This document shows, one piece after another, positions 63,456 through 64,000 of a stretch of DNA of 64,000 nt. A program made the position numbers and the translations under genes. The stretch covers positions 1,184,001 through 1,248,000 of the forward strand of contig CAVUDW010000002.1 in assembly GCA_963740355.1 (NCBI GenBank). Direction: 5' to 3'. Positions within the stretch are counted from its first letter, which is position 1, and the number at the start of each line of letters is the position of its first letter. Source of the stretch: an uncultured Gemmatimonadaceae bacterium (GTDB taxonomy: Bacteria > Gemmatimonadota > Gemmatimonadetes > Gemmatimonadales > Gemmatimonadaceae). The notes beneath the pieces were generated by a model. That model did no database searches, was not told where the DNA came from, and saw only the letters and a program-made list of their open reading frames with translations.

Positions 63456-64000
63456 TCACACGCGCTTCAGCTGGCGTCCAACCGAGAGGGCACTGCCCAG
63501 CAGGCCGATCACGGCGCCCATCAGGATGCCTAGCAGCAGCACCGGCGTGGGAAAGAACTGGAACGCAAACACCGTGGCCGTCAGCGCCGCCCGCGTCACC
63601 CACATCAATGCCACCGCCATCACACCACCGATCAAGCCCTTCAGCAGCCCATCGATGAGGAACGGGGCGCGAATGAAGCTGTCCGTCGCACCGACCAGAC
63701 GCATGATGCCGATCTCGCGCGAGCGGGCCAGCACCGAGGTTCGGATGGTGGAGCCGATGATGATCATTGCGGCGAACGCGAATGCGACACCGAGCACTAT
63801 GCCGGCGGCCGTGGCGGCGCGACGCACCGCGTAGAACTTCTGCACCCACTCCTCGCCATACCGCACATCGTCGACGAACGGATAGCCGTTCAGCCGCTTG
63901 GCGACGGCCTTCACCATCTCGGGATCACGAAAGCCCGGCTTGAGGCGTACTTCCATCGACGCCGGCAAGAACTCCGGCTCGAAGACGTCCTTGAACTCCG
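63456..64000 (-). CDS. ftsX: Cell division permease FtsX; 5'-truncated by the window edge
   Basis: 'LPASMEV' and 'IGSTIR..VLARSREIGIMRLVGATDSFIRAPFLIDG'. Confidence 0.92.
   Translation of the reverse strand, partial: EFKDVFEPEFLPASMEVRLKPGFRDPEMVKAVAKRLNGYPFVDDVRYGEEWVQKFYAVRRAATAAGIVLGVAFAFAAMIIIGSTIRTSVLARSREIGIMRLVGATDSFIRAPFLIDGLLKGLIGGVMAVALMWVTRAALTATVFAFQFFPTPVLLLGILMGAVIGLLGSALSVGRQLKRV

Overview
This is a GC-rich bacterial chromosome segment. The gene content (VPS10/BNR protein, many secreted M20/M24 peptidases, TonB receptors, PEP-CTERM protein) suggests Gemmatimonadota; that assignment is inference. About 40 protein genes are recognisable: a SigK/RskA/fasciclin module, peptidases, CotH kinase, TonB receptor plus DUF4249, GH18 and GH32 hydrolases, a TetR/ABC cassette, mprF/acvB, a DauB-like dehydrogenase plus aminotransferase, a hybrid PAS kinase, an RCC1-repeat fusion protein, Fic, uvrA, pckA, nfo, envC and ftsX. 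There is one tRNA-Asn(GTT). Features the ORF track does not show: (1) back-to-back CATCC-N16-CGAA SigK-type promoters; (2) a c-di-GMP-I riboswitch ahead of the GH18 gene; (3) an integrase-less 7.4 kb island at the tRNA-Asn 3' end, bounded by a 90-bp imperfect direct repeat and carrying an S8 protease/lipoprotein pair, IS21 and IS3 relics and a broken mrr; (4) an unannotated 37-aa membrane peptide after the ABC permease; (5) a sigma-54-type promoter ahead of the PEP-CTERM gene; (6) an Nfo with a histone-like AKKVT repeat tail placed directly after ftsX-envC. About eight single-base frameshifts in otherwise intact genes look like long-read consensus errors. All family calls come from motif recognition by eye; no database searches were run. 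I found no single clearly novel multi-gene system; the findings are candidate leads.
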